A stretch of 63,443 nucleotides of DNA, filler included, from Asterionella formosa (taxonomy: Eukaryota): assembly GCA_002256025.1 (NCBI GenBank). It is 21 parts of 21 records of this genome, joined end to end, with 100 filler letters (N's around TTAATTAATTAA, not from the genome) between each part and the next. Parts side by side here need not be neighbours in the genome. Positions count along the whole stretch, not along the records: positions 50,573 to 51,771 come from NKIB01003726.1; positions 51,872 to 53,070 come from NKIB01003727.1; positions 53,171 to 54,368 come from NKIB01003730.1; positions 54,469 to 55,666 come from NKIB01003731.1; positions 55,767 to 56,964 come from NKIB01003732.1; positions 57,065 to 58,262 come from NKIB01003733.1; positions 58,363 to 59,560 come from NKIB01003734.1; positions 59,661 to 60,857 come from NKIB01003735.1; 13 more parts are not named here. One strand, given 5' to 3'. Below the pieces are notes generated by a model. The model had not been told where the DNA came from and ran no database searches. It saw only the letters and a program-made list of their open reading frames with translations. Shown piece by piece: positions 51,089 through 62,926 of this stretch; within the stretch, counting starts at the first letter, position 1, and each line of letters starts with the position of its first letter. A program made the position numbers and the translations under genes.

Positions 51089-51771
51089 TCAAAAATGGAA
51101 TAGGGATGCCCAGGCAGACGGCGGCTTGATTTGAATCACCTTACCTGGAGTGGCTCCTAAACTAGGAACAACAACAGCAGGAGAATGAATGCAATCCACG
51201 GGAACAAACAAAAGTCCTTTGTTTCCATGTCGATCCAATGTGAGATCAGCCCCTAACAGCAACCTTGAGTAGTTGTGCAAAGGTTCTGAGGCATATTTAC
51301 AAGAGTGAATAATTGCAAAGACACCGGGGCTTTGATTTCTCAAGGATGATGGTAATATTGGATCAGTGAAATTGATCGAAGACGGACCCAATCCAAATTC
51401 AATAAAACCGTAGATCTGGCCAAGCACAATTGTCTCAACTTCTGTTTCTCCATCTAACCAAGCAAACTCTGCCCAATTATACCAGGAATGACCACCACGG
51501 TAGCTTGGATGGTCATGAAATATTACGTTGTCACTACGAGTGTGGTCGCACATCAATTCAATTTCCATTGATTCAATGAAAGGAAGGAGTTGGGCGCCTA
51601 GAACTCGCACCAGATCTCGGTCAACCCCAGTTTTGCAGATGCTACTTGATGATGATGAAACCCTGGCAATCTCAAATTCACCATTTCCATCTTCTTCAAT
51701 CAGAAGAGAACATCGAGTACCTCCAGTTTTGGATTTCACAATTCCAACGTCAACTGGGACAGCTTCCAATT
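51089..51771 (-). mobile_element. C-terminal fragment of a Plavaka-like (CACTA/EnSpm-related) transposase
   Basis: IFHDHPSYRGGHSWYNWAEFAW...GQIYGF...FAIIHSC...FVPVDCIHSPAVVVP...W...F resembles the FRA.P.Y.G..W.DW C-terminal module. Confidence 0.6.
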
Positions 51772-51871
51772 NNNNNNNNNNNNNNNNNNNNNNNNNNNNN
51801 NNNNNNNNNNNNNNNTTAATTAATTAANNNNNNNNNNNNNNNNNNNNNNNNNNNNNNNNNNNNNNNNNNNN

Positions 51872-53070
51872 AGCGAGGTGTGGCAATACTGGTGTCGACC
51901 AAATTCAACTGTACCCCAGTTGGTAAGGCCACACCATTTTGGACTTTTGCGAGAGTCTATGGGGCCACGCTCTTGAGGCCTATTCTTGTGGGAACAATTT
52001 ATGTCCCATGCAGAGCAGATCGCATCCGAGTGCTCAGGGCCCTGCCCCGAGCCTTGGACGCTCTGCATCGGGAGTTTCCAGAAGATCCCATTGTGATGAT
52101 GGGAGACTTCAACATGAAGATGACGGAGTTGCAGATTCTGATGGGACCGTGGCGGCTTCCCTTTTGGGTGTTACCCATCCGAGGGGGGGCCTCCACTCGC
52201 CAAAGCCGGCGGGAGGGACAGCCAACACCTGCCATTGATTTCATCACATATTGTGGTGACACAGTGGCGGCTGTCCCCCCTGCCAGGGTCCTCGACACAT
52301 GGGATATTTCGGACCACTTCCCAGTTGTTGCGGACCTACCTGGGCTTACCAGAATCCCAGAGATGGGGATTGCCCCACCACGGCCGGAATCACTGTACCG
52401 GCGGATTGTGATGGAAGAGAAGGAACTCAAAGTAACCGTGGCTAATAGTAACTATTGGCAGCCACTAGCTGACTCGCTGGAGGAGGACCTGGAGGATGTA
52501 ATCGAGTGTTCACATTCACTTGAAAACCCCACCAGTTACCACCAGGAAAGGTTGGATGGTATGGCCAAGAAGTTCACTACAACATGTCACCAGGTGGCAG
52601 AGGACCTGAACCTCCACCAACGGGTGGCGGGACTAAACCCACCAAGAGTGACAGGACAGGTACGTCGGGCGATTGAGACCCGAAGGAGGATCTTCCGGGA
52701 AACCCGGAGGGCGGAGTCGCGAGGAGACCGTGAAGATGTAGCACGGCTAGGGGACATGTACAAGGCTGCCAAAGAGAGGGCGCGGAAGGTGATCCGCCTC
52801 TCGGGTAGGCGGGCATGGTATAAGGCAATTAGGGAGGCTCATGTCAATATGCGCGAGAAACCTCGCCATTATTGGCGGTGGGCCTCAGCGACTGCAGGAT
52901 GGCGCCAGAAGAGCAGCATCGCAGGGGTCCAACCAGTCCTTGACCCGGATGGACGCCTGCTGACAGCTTTGACTGATATTCATCAGGCCTGGGGAGCGCA
53001 CTATGCCTCTCTAGCAGCAGATGAAACCGGTCATAGCCAGGAGGCCCAATATTGGGAGAAATTTGACCCG
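51872..53070 (+). mobile_element. Non-LTR (LINE) retrotransposon ORF2 fragment: AP-like endonuclease C-half and linker
   Basis: VGTIYVP, PIVMMGDFN, AIDFI and WDISDHFPV endonuclease motifs. The frame is open and visibly more GC-rich than its neighbours. Confidence 0.85.
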
Positions 53071-53976
53071 NNNNNNNNNNNNNNNNNNNNNNNNNNNNNN
53101 NNNNNNNNNNNNNNTTAATTAATTAANNNNNNNNNNNNNNNNNNNNNNNNNNNNNNNNNNNNNNNNNNNNTATTTATATACATCTCTAGACGTAAAAATC
53201 AGTCTCAGTGGGTCAATGCAGTATATGAAATTTCTAGCATACCTGAAAGTAATTTCATATTCGTTGGTGAACACGGATTATCCTGTTTGGTTCAAAGCGA
53301 AAAGACATAAAATGCATGATGCTCCGCCATGCATGATGCCGGTACATTGTACAGGTTTCGGTACCTGGTACCAGGTACAATAGATGTACAGTACCAGGTA
53401 CCCTGGTATCAGTTTGTGCACAGCCATGGGTACATATTTATAGGTACCAGGCACCAGGTACTCCGTACCACTTATGATGGTCTGCCTACATAGATGCTGG
53501 TATTACACGGCTGCACCGGGTTTCATCAATTTTATTTACTGAATTTTTATTGACAAGGTTATGGATAAGACATAAAATGCGAGAAATTTATATTGATCGT
53601 CGTACACAATAAAAGATGAGAACTCCAAACTTGAGATAATCCGTGCTTTTCACTTTTTTTCTGATCGCCACTTTTGACCTAAATTAACGAAAGATCGACG
53701 TCCAATCGGTTGAGAACTAACAGTATGACTCCATCCGGTATATGCACAAGATACATTCTGGAGCTTAAGAAATAGAAAATGATTGATTTTTCATAATAAA
53801 ACGTGTTTTTATACCGTCAGTTTTTTTACTGGTACCTGGTACACAAAAATTAAACCGCATCCTTATTCATGTACCATTGGTACCAGGTACCTGGTCAGAA
53901 CCGCTACTGCTTACCTGCAGGTACCTGGTACAGTACTCCAGCCACATGTTACCTGGTACCTAGTACCGGAACATCT

Positions 53977-54012
53977 CTGCCACGTATATAAGACTGCCAC
54001 GTATATAAGACT
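53977..54012. repeat. 17-bp tandem duplication
   Basis: CTGCCACGTATATAAGA x2. Confidence 0.9.
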
Positions 54013-55112
54013 ACTACTGGTAGGATCCCCGGATTTTTAAAAAATAACAGGTATCATGTGTTTGATTCTATATGAATTTTTATTTAAAATAGGTGAATTG
54101 GCCAAAGTGAATACGTGAATACATCAAATTGGCAAAATAAATAAATGACCTTTAAGTGAACTAGACAGTTATACTGCCATGGAGGGTCACAATTAGTAAC
54201 AGTGACAACAGTAATCAAGTTGTGCACCAGACAATACAGATTGTTGTACATTGAGCTGGGGCAGAGCGCTGGGAAAATTGATGTTGGTGGCTATTGCAAA
54301 ATCTGCTGTTTCCCCATATTCCAGTGCCCAAAGTAACCCTTCTTTGCTGGGTTGATATTGGGTTGGTGNNNNNNNNNNNNNNNNNNNNNNNNNNNNNNNN
54401 NNNNNNNNNNNNTTAATTAATTAANNNNNNNNNNNNNNNNNNNNNNNNNNNNNNNNNNNNNNNNNNNNTTGCCTTGAGCACTTCTTGGCCTTACCGTCGT
54501 GGTATGTGCGTATGTGCTACACACTGTATATACCTGCACGAGCTGGGTCGACTGATCAGCTAAATCGATGTCATATATAAATGGCTGTGCGTACCACTTA
54601 AAAACTGTAAGCCACCGCTACGGCGACTTTTGAACTGTAAGCCACCGCTAAACGGAGTAAACGCACGGTTTGAACTTAGTTTACAAGATACGCTATTTAT
54701 TGTCACGAACGAGTTGTTCAGATTTATATAGCGAGTAAATACTTCCGTACTTGTATTGTTGCATTGTGTACATTGTTAATTAGGTATTATCGCCCAAAGG
54801 TTGCTGTCGACGTGAAATTGCGAAAATTGGATATTTTCACGTTTACTCGATTGAGCAAGCATCACCTTTTATATACGTATGCAGGTATGAGAATATTCCT
54901 CCTCTAGAAAACTAATTTAGTATCCTCTAAAATTTATTTAATATGACTACGACGGCATTGCGCTTTCGCTCGTGCGCCATAATAAAGAGATAATTTCATT
55001 AATGGAAAACGTCAAATAGGAATTCCTGGTGCGCCCGAATTATGAGTACAAAAATTAAATGCAAACATACAACAATCACCCATCACCCATCACCCATCAC
55101 AACACCAACACC

Positions 55113-55666
55113 ATGACCTCGAAAGCGCCTCGACAAGGCAATGCCTTGCCTCGAAAGAAATTGTCTCCTGAAGAGTTGGTCAGTGTTCAGTTTTGTCTTA
55201 ACAATGTGATTAGGGAGCTATAAGCTAAGAAGGCTAAGAATGGTGGAAAAATGCCTTATGGTGCTATTTCTAGGACAGTATCAGCTAAGCAATGCATTTT
55301 CCCTTGGATATCTGTTAACCAAGTGAAGAATGAACTAAAACAAAGTGCTAAACTAGAAGTTAAGTCTAGTACTACTAGTATGTATACTACTTCTGGTTCG
55401 TCCCTCTTTCAGCCATCAACTGCAACCATGGTGTCTACATTGACACCTGACCATTGTGGCCCTACTAAACCCCAACTCTTGAATGCTGATGGCAGCTTTG
55501 CCTTGTTATTTCCCAGTAATCTCATTCATAATTCATATAAAATTGTCGAGGAGGAAGAAGATGACAACAATGAAGGTGTGAGTGAGCATTATGATAGTCA
55601 GTTTACAATGATGGGCACTTTGGCATATGAAACTGGAAACAATGGTGTGCTTACCTGGGGAAGTTT
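55113..55666 (+). pseudogene. N-terminal fragment of a probable pogo/Tc5-like transposase with a premature stop (tentative)
   Basis: MTSKAPRQ...NNVIREL*AKKAKNGGKMPYGAISRTV...FPWISVNQVKN resembles N-termini of diatom DDE_1-type elements. No catalytic domain is visible before the gap. Confidence 0.35.
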
Positions 55667-55766
55667 NNNNNNNNNNNNNNNNNNNNNNNNNNNNNNNNNN
55701 NNNNNNNNNNTTAATTAATTAANNNNNNNNNNNNNNNNNNNNNNNNNNNNNNNNNNNNNNNNNNNN

Positions 55767-56964
55767 AAGCCGGCGCCGTCTCTATTCTCCACACTCCCGA
55801 GCACATTGCAAATGGAAATATTCAAGACTACATTAGTTTGCCAGTCTTGGATGACAATGTTACTTGGCACGACATTGATGCGCGAGTGCAACGAGCCATT
55901 GCTCGCGAGATCAATGTCCCGTATGGTCTGATGCATCAAGGATACTCACCAGGACATGATGTAGTCATGGGCTTGGCTTCGTATCCACAAGCCATGTCGA
56001 CGTTCCGAGTCCTCGTGGGGTCACTTCGGAAGACTGGATTTGATGGACACATTATTCTTGGAGTGCATCCGCAAATACCACAAGACGAACAAGAGTATCT
56101 CAAGAAGATGGATGTTACGTTTTACGCTGTAGAGTTTGCAGATTGCGACGAGTCCCTCATGGCTGGCACGGACCAAGGAAATTTTGTGCGAGCCAAGTGT
56201 TCCAAGGGGATTGAATACCTTACATTGGAAAAGGGACGATTCGAAATGAAACGTCAGTGGTTGCATGCATGCAAGGAATGCACCGGTTGGGTGCTGGCCA
56301 TGGATACACGCGACGCGTTCTTTCAGGCTCCACCATTTAGTGGGATGCCACCGCCAGATGATTCACCCTACGATCTACTCTTCATTGAGGAGGTAGCGCC
56401 GTATTCACAGCCCAACAAACCAAACAAACGAGATACCATACCGATTCTAAGCAATAGCTTCTATCAAGGGAGTGACGCAGGTTGTTACGGACATGACTTC
56501 CACAAAAAGTACGGGGATCGAGCAGTGCTGTGCTCAGGAACAATCATTGGGAACCGTAAAGGAATGGATCGATTCCTTGCCGTGTTTGTGGATGAGTTTC
56601 TGGAGAACAATTCCAAAAGCCTTGAGATTTGTAGATCCAGTGAAACACCGGATCAATTGATCTTGCAACCCATGTACTATTCAGGTCGCTTTGGCGACTA
56701 TGAAAGGACCCGCACCTCACCCTGGGGGACTGGACCAGTCAACACCATTGGAATTCCATGTGTCGATAATAGAGATAGGTCGGCACCAGTTTACGGAGCG
56801 TTGGACTTGACTGAGTTTGACTCTGAAACTGGTTTGATTTTGAATCTCAATTTGAACGATGGCCATCCAGCTAGGATTTCTCCCATTGTGCACCAATTTG
56901 ACCGTTGTACTGCCTGGATCAAACCGTTCTTTGAAAAGTATGATGAAAAACTATTTGGTGGAGT
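55767..56964 (+). CDS. Putative GT-A-like glycosyltransferase (diatom-expanded family), partial at both ends
   Basis: Long open frame with VVMGLASY...FRVLVGSLRKTGFDGHIILG, WLHACKECTGWVLAMDTRDAFFQAPPF (DxxD-type motif), VLCSGTIIG, PDQ and PIVHQFDR. Confidence 0.65.
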
Positions 56965-57567
56965 NNNNNNNNNNNNNNNNNNNNNNNNNNNNNNNNNNNN
57001 NNNNNNNNTTAATTAATTAANNNNNNNNNNNNNNNNNNNNNNNNNNNNNNNNNNNNNNNNNNNNCAAATCATATTATAGTGATGTACATATCAACGCATC
57101 CGTATACTTAGATCCTATCCACTGTATAATACTATCATATTAACTGTTGACTTTAACTGTATACATTAAACGACAAACACATATATTAATTAACATACTT
57201 TATGTATGATTGCTTGATTTATATTCTGTGATGTATCGATAACACTTGCGTACATATTTTATCGTATTTTATTGTCATTGTACTATTTTTACATGATCAT
57301 ATTTTGATCAAAATTATATCATATGTATTTCATAAAATCATCATAATTTTAGGATCAATGTATCATAGCTCTGTGATGTTTTTTATTCAATATTACGTAT
57401 CATACTTCGGTGATGTATGCATCGATGTAACCTTATCATGATATCACAGTATCATCTTATCAATCATGATGAGATGATTGGGAAGCAACTGTATTCTGCA
57501 TCGTGCTACAGGGTATATTATTATATCACGCAATTTAGTAGCGAAGTCACTCTGCCTGAAATGTACT

Positions 57568-58015
57568 AAAGTCGACAGTGCACATACCGGGTACCGGTAC
57601 TCAAACGCTAATCAGGTTTGAGGCAACGGACAGTGGTTCGAACGAGCGAATGATGATACAGTACCAATTTTTCCAACGAAAGAACTTGTCTCTCTATTGA
57701 TGTGGATGACATGGACACGGACACCGACTTTTTCAGGAGCAAACAACAATGAAGAGACCCACTTGTCGCTCTATTGATGGTAAAAAAGATGCGGACAAGT
57801 TCAACAGTGAATACAAAGAACAACATACCATTGAAAACAAGTCGACAGTGTGTGCACGCACACGCCAAGCAAGTTTGAGGCAACAGACAATTCCAACCAG
57901 CAAATGACGATACAGATATCAAATTCTTCCTACGAGCAAACAACAATGAAAAGAGCCACTTGCTTTCGCTCTCTTGATGGTATCAAAGATGCGGACAAGT
58001 TCAATAGTTAATTCA
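57568..58015. repeat. Diverged tandem duplication (~200-270-bp period)
   Basis: AGTCGACAGTG, GTTTGAGGCAAC.GACA and GAGCAAACAACAATGAA...AAAGATGCGGACAAGTTCAA each occur twice in the same order. Confidence 0.8.
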
Positions 58016-60339
58016 AGTACAGTATACCAAATGTAGAAACGAGCGAGCGATATGAAAATGAAATGCGTTCTAATCAGAATCATTCTATAACTATAGCTAT
58101 GTGGACAGTAGTCTGTTACGCACATTTTCGTATCTCCTTCTATGCTGAATCGAAATAGTAGATGTAGTATCATGTGAGAATTGAAAATTTCAACGAGAAC
58201 AAGTACCGGTAGAATGTGTCTGTTTACGGGTTGATTGGCGAGATTGTCATGCTGAAGTGGACNNNNNNNNNNNNNNNNNNNNNNNNNNNNNNNNNNNNNN
58301 NNNNNNTTAATTAATTAANNNNNNNNNNNNNNNNNNNNNNNNNNNNNNNNNNNNNNNNNNNNAATATGTCTTACGTCAATCATTACCTGAATAACTTTTG
58401 TTATTTACAGGATAATTACAGGTTGGATATCACCGCTATTTTAACACGGGATATTTTAAAATGCAAAGGTAGATTCAATATATCATTCCTTATGCACATC
58501 TCAAGACCTGATTCCGGTCTCATTCTTTCTTTGCCTATGAATGCATAAGCTTAATTGCATTTCATTCTCATGTCATAAGCAAACCAAGTATTGGTGGCTG
58601 CGTTGTATATGCATGACATAAGATGAATATTATTTGATCGCGGTATGATCCCACCTTTTCTTCCCTTGCCAGTACTCAGCATGATGATCTCAAAATTTAA
58701 TCCGTCAGCTTGTATGTTGCAACAGAAGTACCTGGTCGTAGTACCTTCTGCGAGTTTGCTCATTTGTCCAGCTGATTAATTTATGACTGATAATTTACAA
58801 ATACCATGTCCTGTCTGTATGGTGGATATATCAGTGTTTTTCTGCATGTCATGCATTCCTATAATGATACGCACAGAACATTTGCACAATGGTTTGTTAT
58901 ATTTTGATACACCTATCAAGGATTATGTTTACACATGGAACATTCAAGCTCCTAACTATACAGATACGGAAATATGCTGTTATGGCTGAAGTCATCCAGC
59001 ACCATTCTATATGAAATGGTCTATTGAAGAAACTGACTCCATGGGATATCGATAAACTCCAACCGACTTCAAAATTTTGGTCGTCAAAACTTAAAACAGG
59101 ATTGAAATGGAACTAGTCCATTTGTATGGTTACCTATGCATACATCAACAAACTTTTGCATCAATGAAAGCATTGTTAGTTGCAGATACACGCATGAGTT
59201 ATCCTGATCGTAATTTTCCTTTCCATATTTTTTGCTAATGTTTCTGATTTTCAATTAAGAAACTTTCAAAGAATTTCGCTCTATGTCATTGAATGCGGTT
59301 CTACATGTTCACACTGAACATCATATTTTTATCTTTATTACCCTACACAGAAACTCAGCGTGTTCTCCGGTGGAGGATTTATATTGAAGAATATCTTCTC
59401 ACTTTTCACAATATGAAGGGTACTGATGATGTCAAATATTACAGATTCTATCTCTCGCCTCCCGAGGCTTGAGTCTTTGGTGGGGGATGATATTGGACCG
59501 AAATCTTCAGCATCAACATCCATTTCTACTTTCTCAATTGAAGTAGATGATGAACCTTTGNNNNNNNNNNNNNNNNNNNNNNNNNNNNNNNNNNNNNNNN
59601 NNNNTTAATTAATTAANNNNNNNNNNNNNNNNNNNNNNNNNNNNNNNNNNNNNNNNNNNNAAGTTTACTGCATGATCATAATTATATGATACATTGATCA
59701 TATTTTTGATCGAAAAACTATCATATATGTGAAAATCCTGTGCCACTTAGCGTACGATACCCTTGATCATATTTTCATGATTTTTTTAATTTACAGACGT
59801 ACTGACGCCATAAATCCTTCAAAACAATCATGTGTGTCCCAAGCGAGCCCATTACGAACAATCCACATTAAAAATCCAGTTCCCAAACTCACATGAACAA
59901 CTCAGCTTTATGGATACTAGGACCCAAGACCATAGATACTGAATTGTTTTTTCCAGCCAATACTTCCACTCGAGGGAGTGAGCACCAACACATTTTCCAC
60001 CACCCAACCTCACAATGGTCCATGGTGCGCAACAAGAATGCTGCTAAAAATAGGCTATGATAACGGTTCTATAAAAATGATGGATACATACTACTCTTCA
60101 TGCAGTTATTGCTAGTTGGATGCATGATCGATCTCCTTTATGTATATCGGCAGTATAGGCATGTTGCGATAGTTCTACTACGTACTATATAAGAATGGTA
60201 CTCCGCCTGTTGTCTCTGTACTGACTGTATGCATTGCTATAGTTTGATGCATTATCGATCTCTTTTGTCTTGTATTTTGGCAGCATAGGCATGTTGCAAT
60301 AACTAGTTCTATGTACTATCGCAGAATGGTACTCCGCCG

Positions 60340-60500
60340 TGTAGCCCTGTTGCACACACCTGTAAGATTTCTCTTGGTAGTCTAGTATCTTTTTCTTATA
60401 GCCACCAATACAAAAAGCATTTCCACTTATGGAGTTGTATTTATTCCCGCTGGACCGCTGCTGCCAGCCCATGCATATTGTAGCTAACAGTGATTCACAG
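60340..60500 (-). mobile_element. Degenerate Mutator-like transposase remnant
   Basis: ICMGWQQRSSGNKYNSISGNAFCIGGYKKKILDYQEKSYRC matches the DMGWQKRSSG..Y.S.SG.A..IG....KI...SK.C pattern, with the catalytic Asp replaced. Confidence 0.65.
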
Positions 60501-61099
60501 TATATTGAGTACAGACAAGCAGTCTGTACCACTTAGCTAGACTGTTTGTCCACCACTGGAAATCACATCCATTGTTGTTGAAATTGCGTCCCGAAGCACT
60601 CTATGCTTTCTTGTATCCTGTAAGGACACGTCAGGGACCAAATAGGCTGTAGATATAACAACGATGTCTCCGTGATCGATTGTAATCGTTTCTAAGAGTT
60701 TTAATAGAATTATGGGTTTTTACTGTTGGCGTAGATTGTTTTCGAATTCTCTGGTACCATATTCTTTCTTGATTCATTCGATTCAATATGTAGTAGGTAA
60801 TTTATACCGGGATTTTCTTTCCTAAAATATTTTCTCCGACACACTCCTGCTGGACACNNNNNNNNNNNNNNNNNNNNNNNNNNNNNNNNNNNNNNNNNNN
60901 NTTAATTAATTAANNNNNNNNNNNNNNNNNNNNNNNNNNNNNNNNNNNNNNNNNNNNATTTGCTTGATGATGCCGTGCGCCTAAATAGTTTGCCATCTCC
61001 GTAGAAGTCAATACCACGACAAGATATACTATATTGTTTCAAATGAGGTGAAGGTTCATATTGATTGTTGTATATCATATGATTTGGTGACTTCTAAAC

Positions 61100-62146
61100 T
61101 TACCCTACTTGGCTGTCATTCCCGGCGTTAGCGGCATACCATTGTCTTATGTGGTAAGAGAAGCGGAGGATCCCAAAGCTGAGGCCGATTATGGCTCATT
61201 CAACGAGCGCATGATCCATCGTGCCCCCCTTAACGGTCAGTATTACATTGCGGATACGAGACGTGTGCATACACTGTTACTTGGTTTTCTACAGGGCGAA
61301 TAGACAGAAAATTGGATTCGTTCCATCTCTCGTTATCAGGACGGTTGTAGGGACATGGTCGCATTGAGGCGGCACTATGCTGGCGAAGGAAATTCCACAC
61401 GTAGGATTGCTGACGCCAAGAAGGTTCAATCGTCCCTCCACTACAAGACAGAGCGTTCGTTACCTTTTAACAAGTTCTTGGATTCACTACAACGTATGTT
61501 CACGATCTTCGAAGAAGAGAATGAGCCTTTGTCCGAAAGAGCGAAAGTAGACGAGCTATTGTCCAAAGTGCAGAGCTCCGGCTTATCTGCCGCGGTCGCC
61601 CAACTCAGATACCAGCTCAATACAACCGGTATTACCTTTACCGTCGCAGCGAACCATTTAAACTCTGAGGTGTCACAGACGCCTGATTATCAGCTATCCA
61701 GACGAAGTAACGCAACAAACACAACCGGCCATGGCGGACATCGTGGCGGGCGACGGTTGTGGCTTCCAGGGTCGCGGAGGTCGCGGCGGGCGCGGAACCA
61801 CTCCACAGAAAACCACTTACTACTCAACAACAGAATGGGAAAAGCTTTCATATGAGGAGCGTGATCGAGTCCGAAAGGAACGCGACAAGAAAGGAGAGCA
61901 AGGCGGATCGAAGCGTACCATTTCCGAGATGACAACAAAGCAACTTGCTTCCGCCATCATCAGTTCTATCAAGGCAGCAGCACTTAGCGACTCTGGAACA
62001 TGCGATGACGACAAGTCGGAAACGCCGGTAATTCTTTTGGTGGGCGTGAAAGCGCAAAACGAAGCAAAAGCGATCGACTTGAGATAGCGGCATATCGTTC
62101 TTCTCATCGGAAGCCGCTCCCGCCTCACCAATTATCTATATCTGCA
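61100..62146 (+). mobile_element. CoDi-type Ty1/copia gag pseudogene
   Basis: IPGVSGIPLSYVVRE...APLNGQYYIADTRRVH...GE*TENWI...LRRHYAGEGN...LHYKTERSLPF...YYSTTEWEKLSYEERDRVRKER. Stop at 61301-61303 and a frameshift near 61750. Confidence 0.88.
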
Positions 62147-62246
62147 NNNNNNNNNNNNNNNNNNNNNNNNNNNNNNNNNNNNNNNNNNNNTTAATTAATT
62201 AANNNNNNNNNNNNNNNNNNNNNNNNNNNNNNNNNNNNNNNNNNNN

Positions 62247-62350
62247 CGAGGAGCAAAGGCCATTGGCAAAGTGGGGGCAAAGGCAGCCGCAGACGAGCTC
62301 GTCTTGGCCAGGACGGCAGCCGCAATGGCGCAAGTCCAAATGAGTTTCAT
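62247..62350 (-). CDS. 5' end of an unidentified plastid-targeted protein (bipartite presequence), truncated by gap
   Basis: Manual translation from ATG 62350 gives MKLIWTCAIAAAVLAKTSSSAAAFAPTLPMAFAP: a signal peptide plus an AAA-FAP cleavage motif. This frame is absent from the ORF track. Confidence 0.75.
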
Positions 62351-62890
62351 CGTTGTGGTGGAAAACAGAAATATCGAATATCAGCAAAGTGCTTTCGGCA
62401 GTTTATTATGATTGGACGGCGACGCTTGGCTGTAACTTTGTTGACTGTAGTGAAACGAAATGGGCTGTCGTACTAACGGCACTTATTCATGTAACGAATG
62501 CGGTCAATGCTGGCTGATCGAGGGCTACAAATTATGAATAAACAGAAACAGCTGACGGTGCTCATGATATTAATGATACATGCCATACCGGTATGTTTAT
62601 TAATCCTTCCCTTTTATTATTGTGTTCACCATACATAATTAACGGTACACACATATGATACCTAGGGGGTACCTGGACCTGGTACCTGGTACCCAGGTAC
62701 TGTGTATACCTACCGGTGTCATACATATGTTTTGCTTCTTTGTTGTACGATTGGACGTCGTTTGCTGGGAAGAAAGAAGCGCGTAGATGCAATCGAGAAA
62801 TTGCAGCGAAACAACTACATAGGGAGAAGACGGACATAACATAATAGTTAGTTTCTTCTAGAAGTTAACTAATACAATCACAAAGGTAGT

Positions 62891-62926
62891 TATCATAATC
62901 CCTTTACTATCATAATCCCTTTACTA
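62891..62926. repeat. 17-bp tandem duplication
   Basis: TATCATAATCCCTTTAC x2. Confidence 0.9.

Noticed and set aside
58363..59560. Possible Ulp1-like protease remnant (NNIHLMSCIYN...WFAYD)
   Set aside because: Only a weak resemblance, no catalytic Cys motif seen, and many stops.
1246..62202. Regularly spaced TTAATTAATTAA as a biological repeat or recombination site
   Set aside because: Always centred in an exact 100-nt N spacer, so it is an assembly linker.
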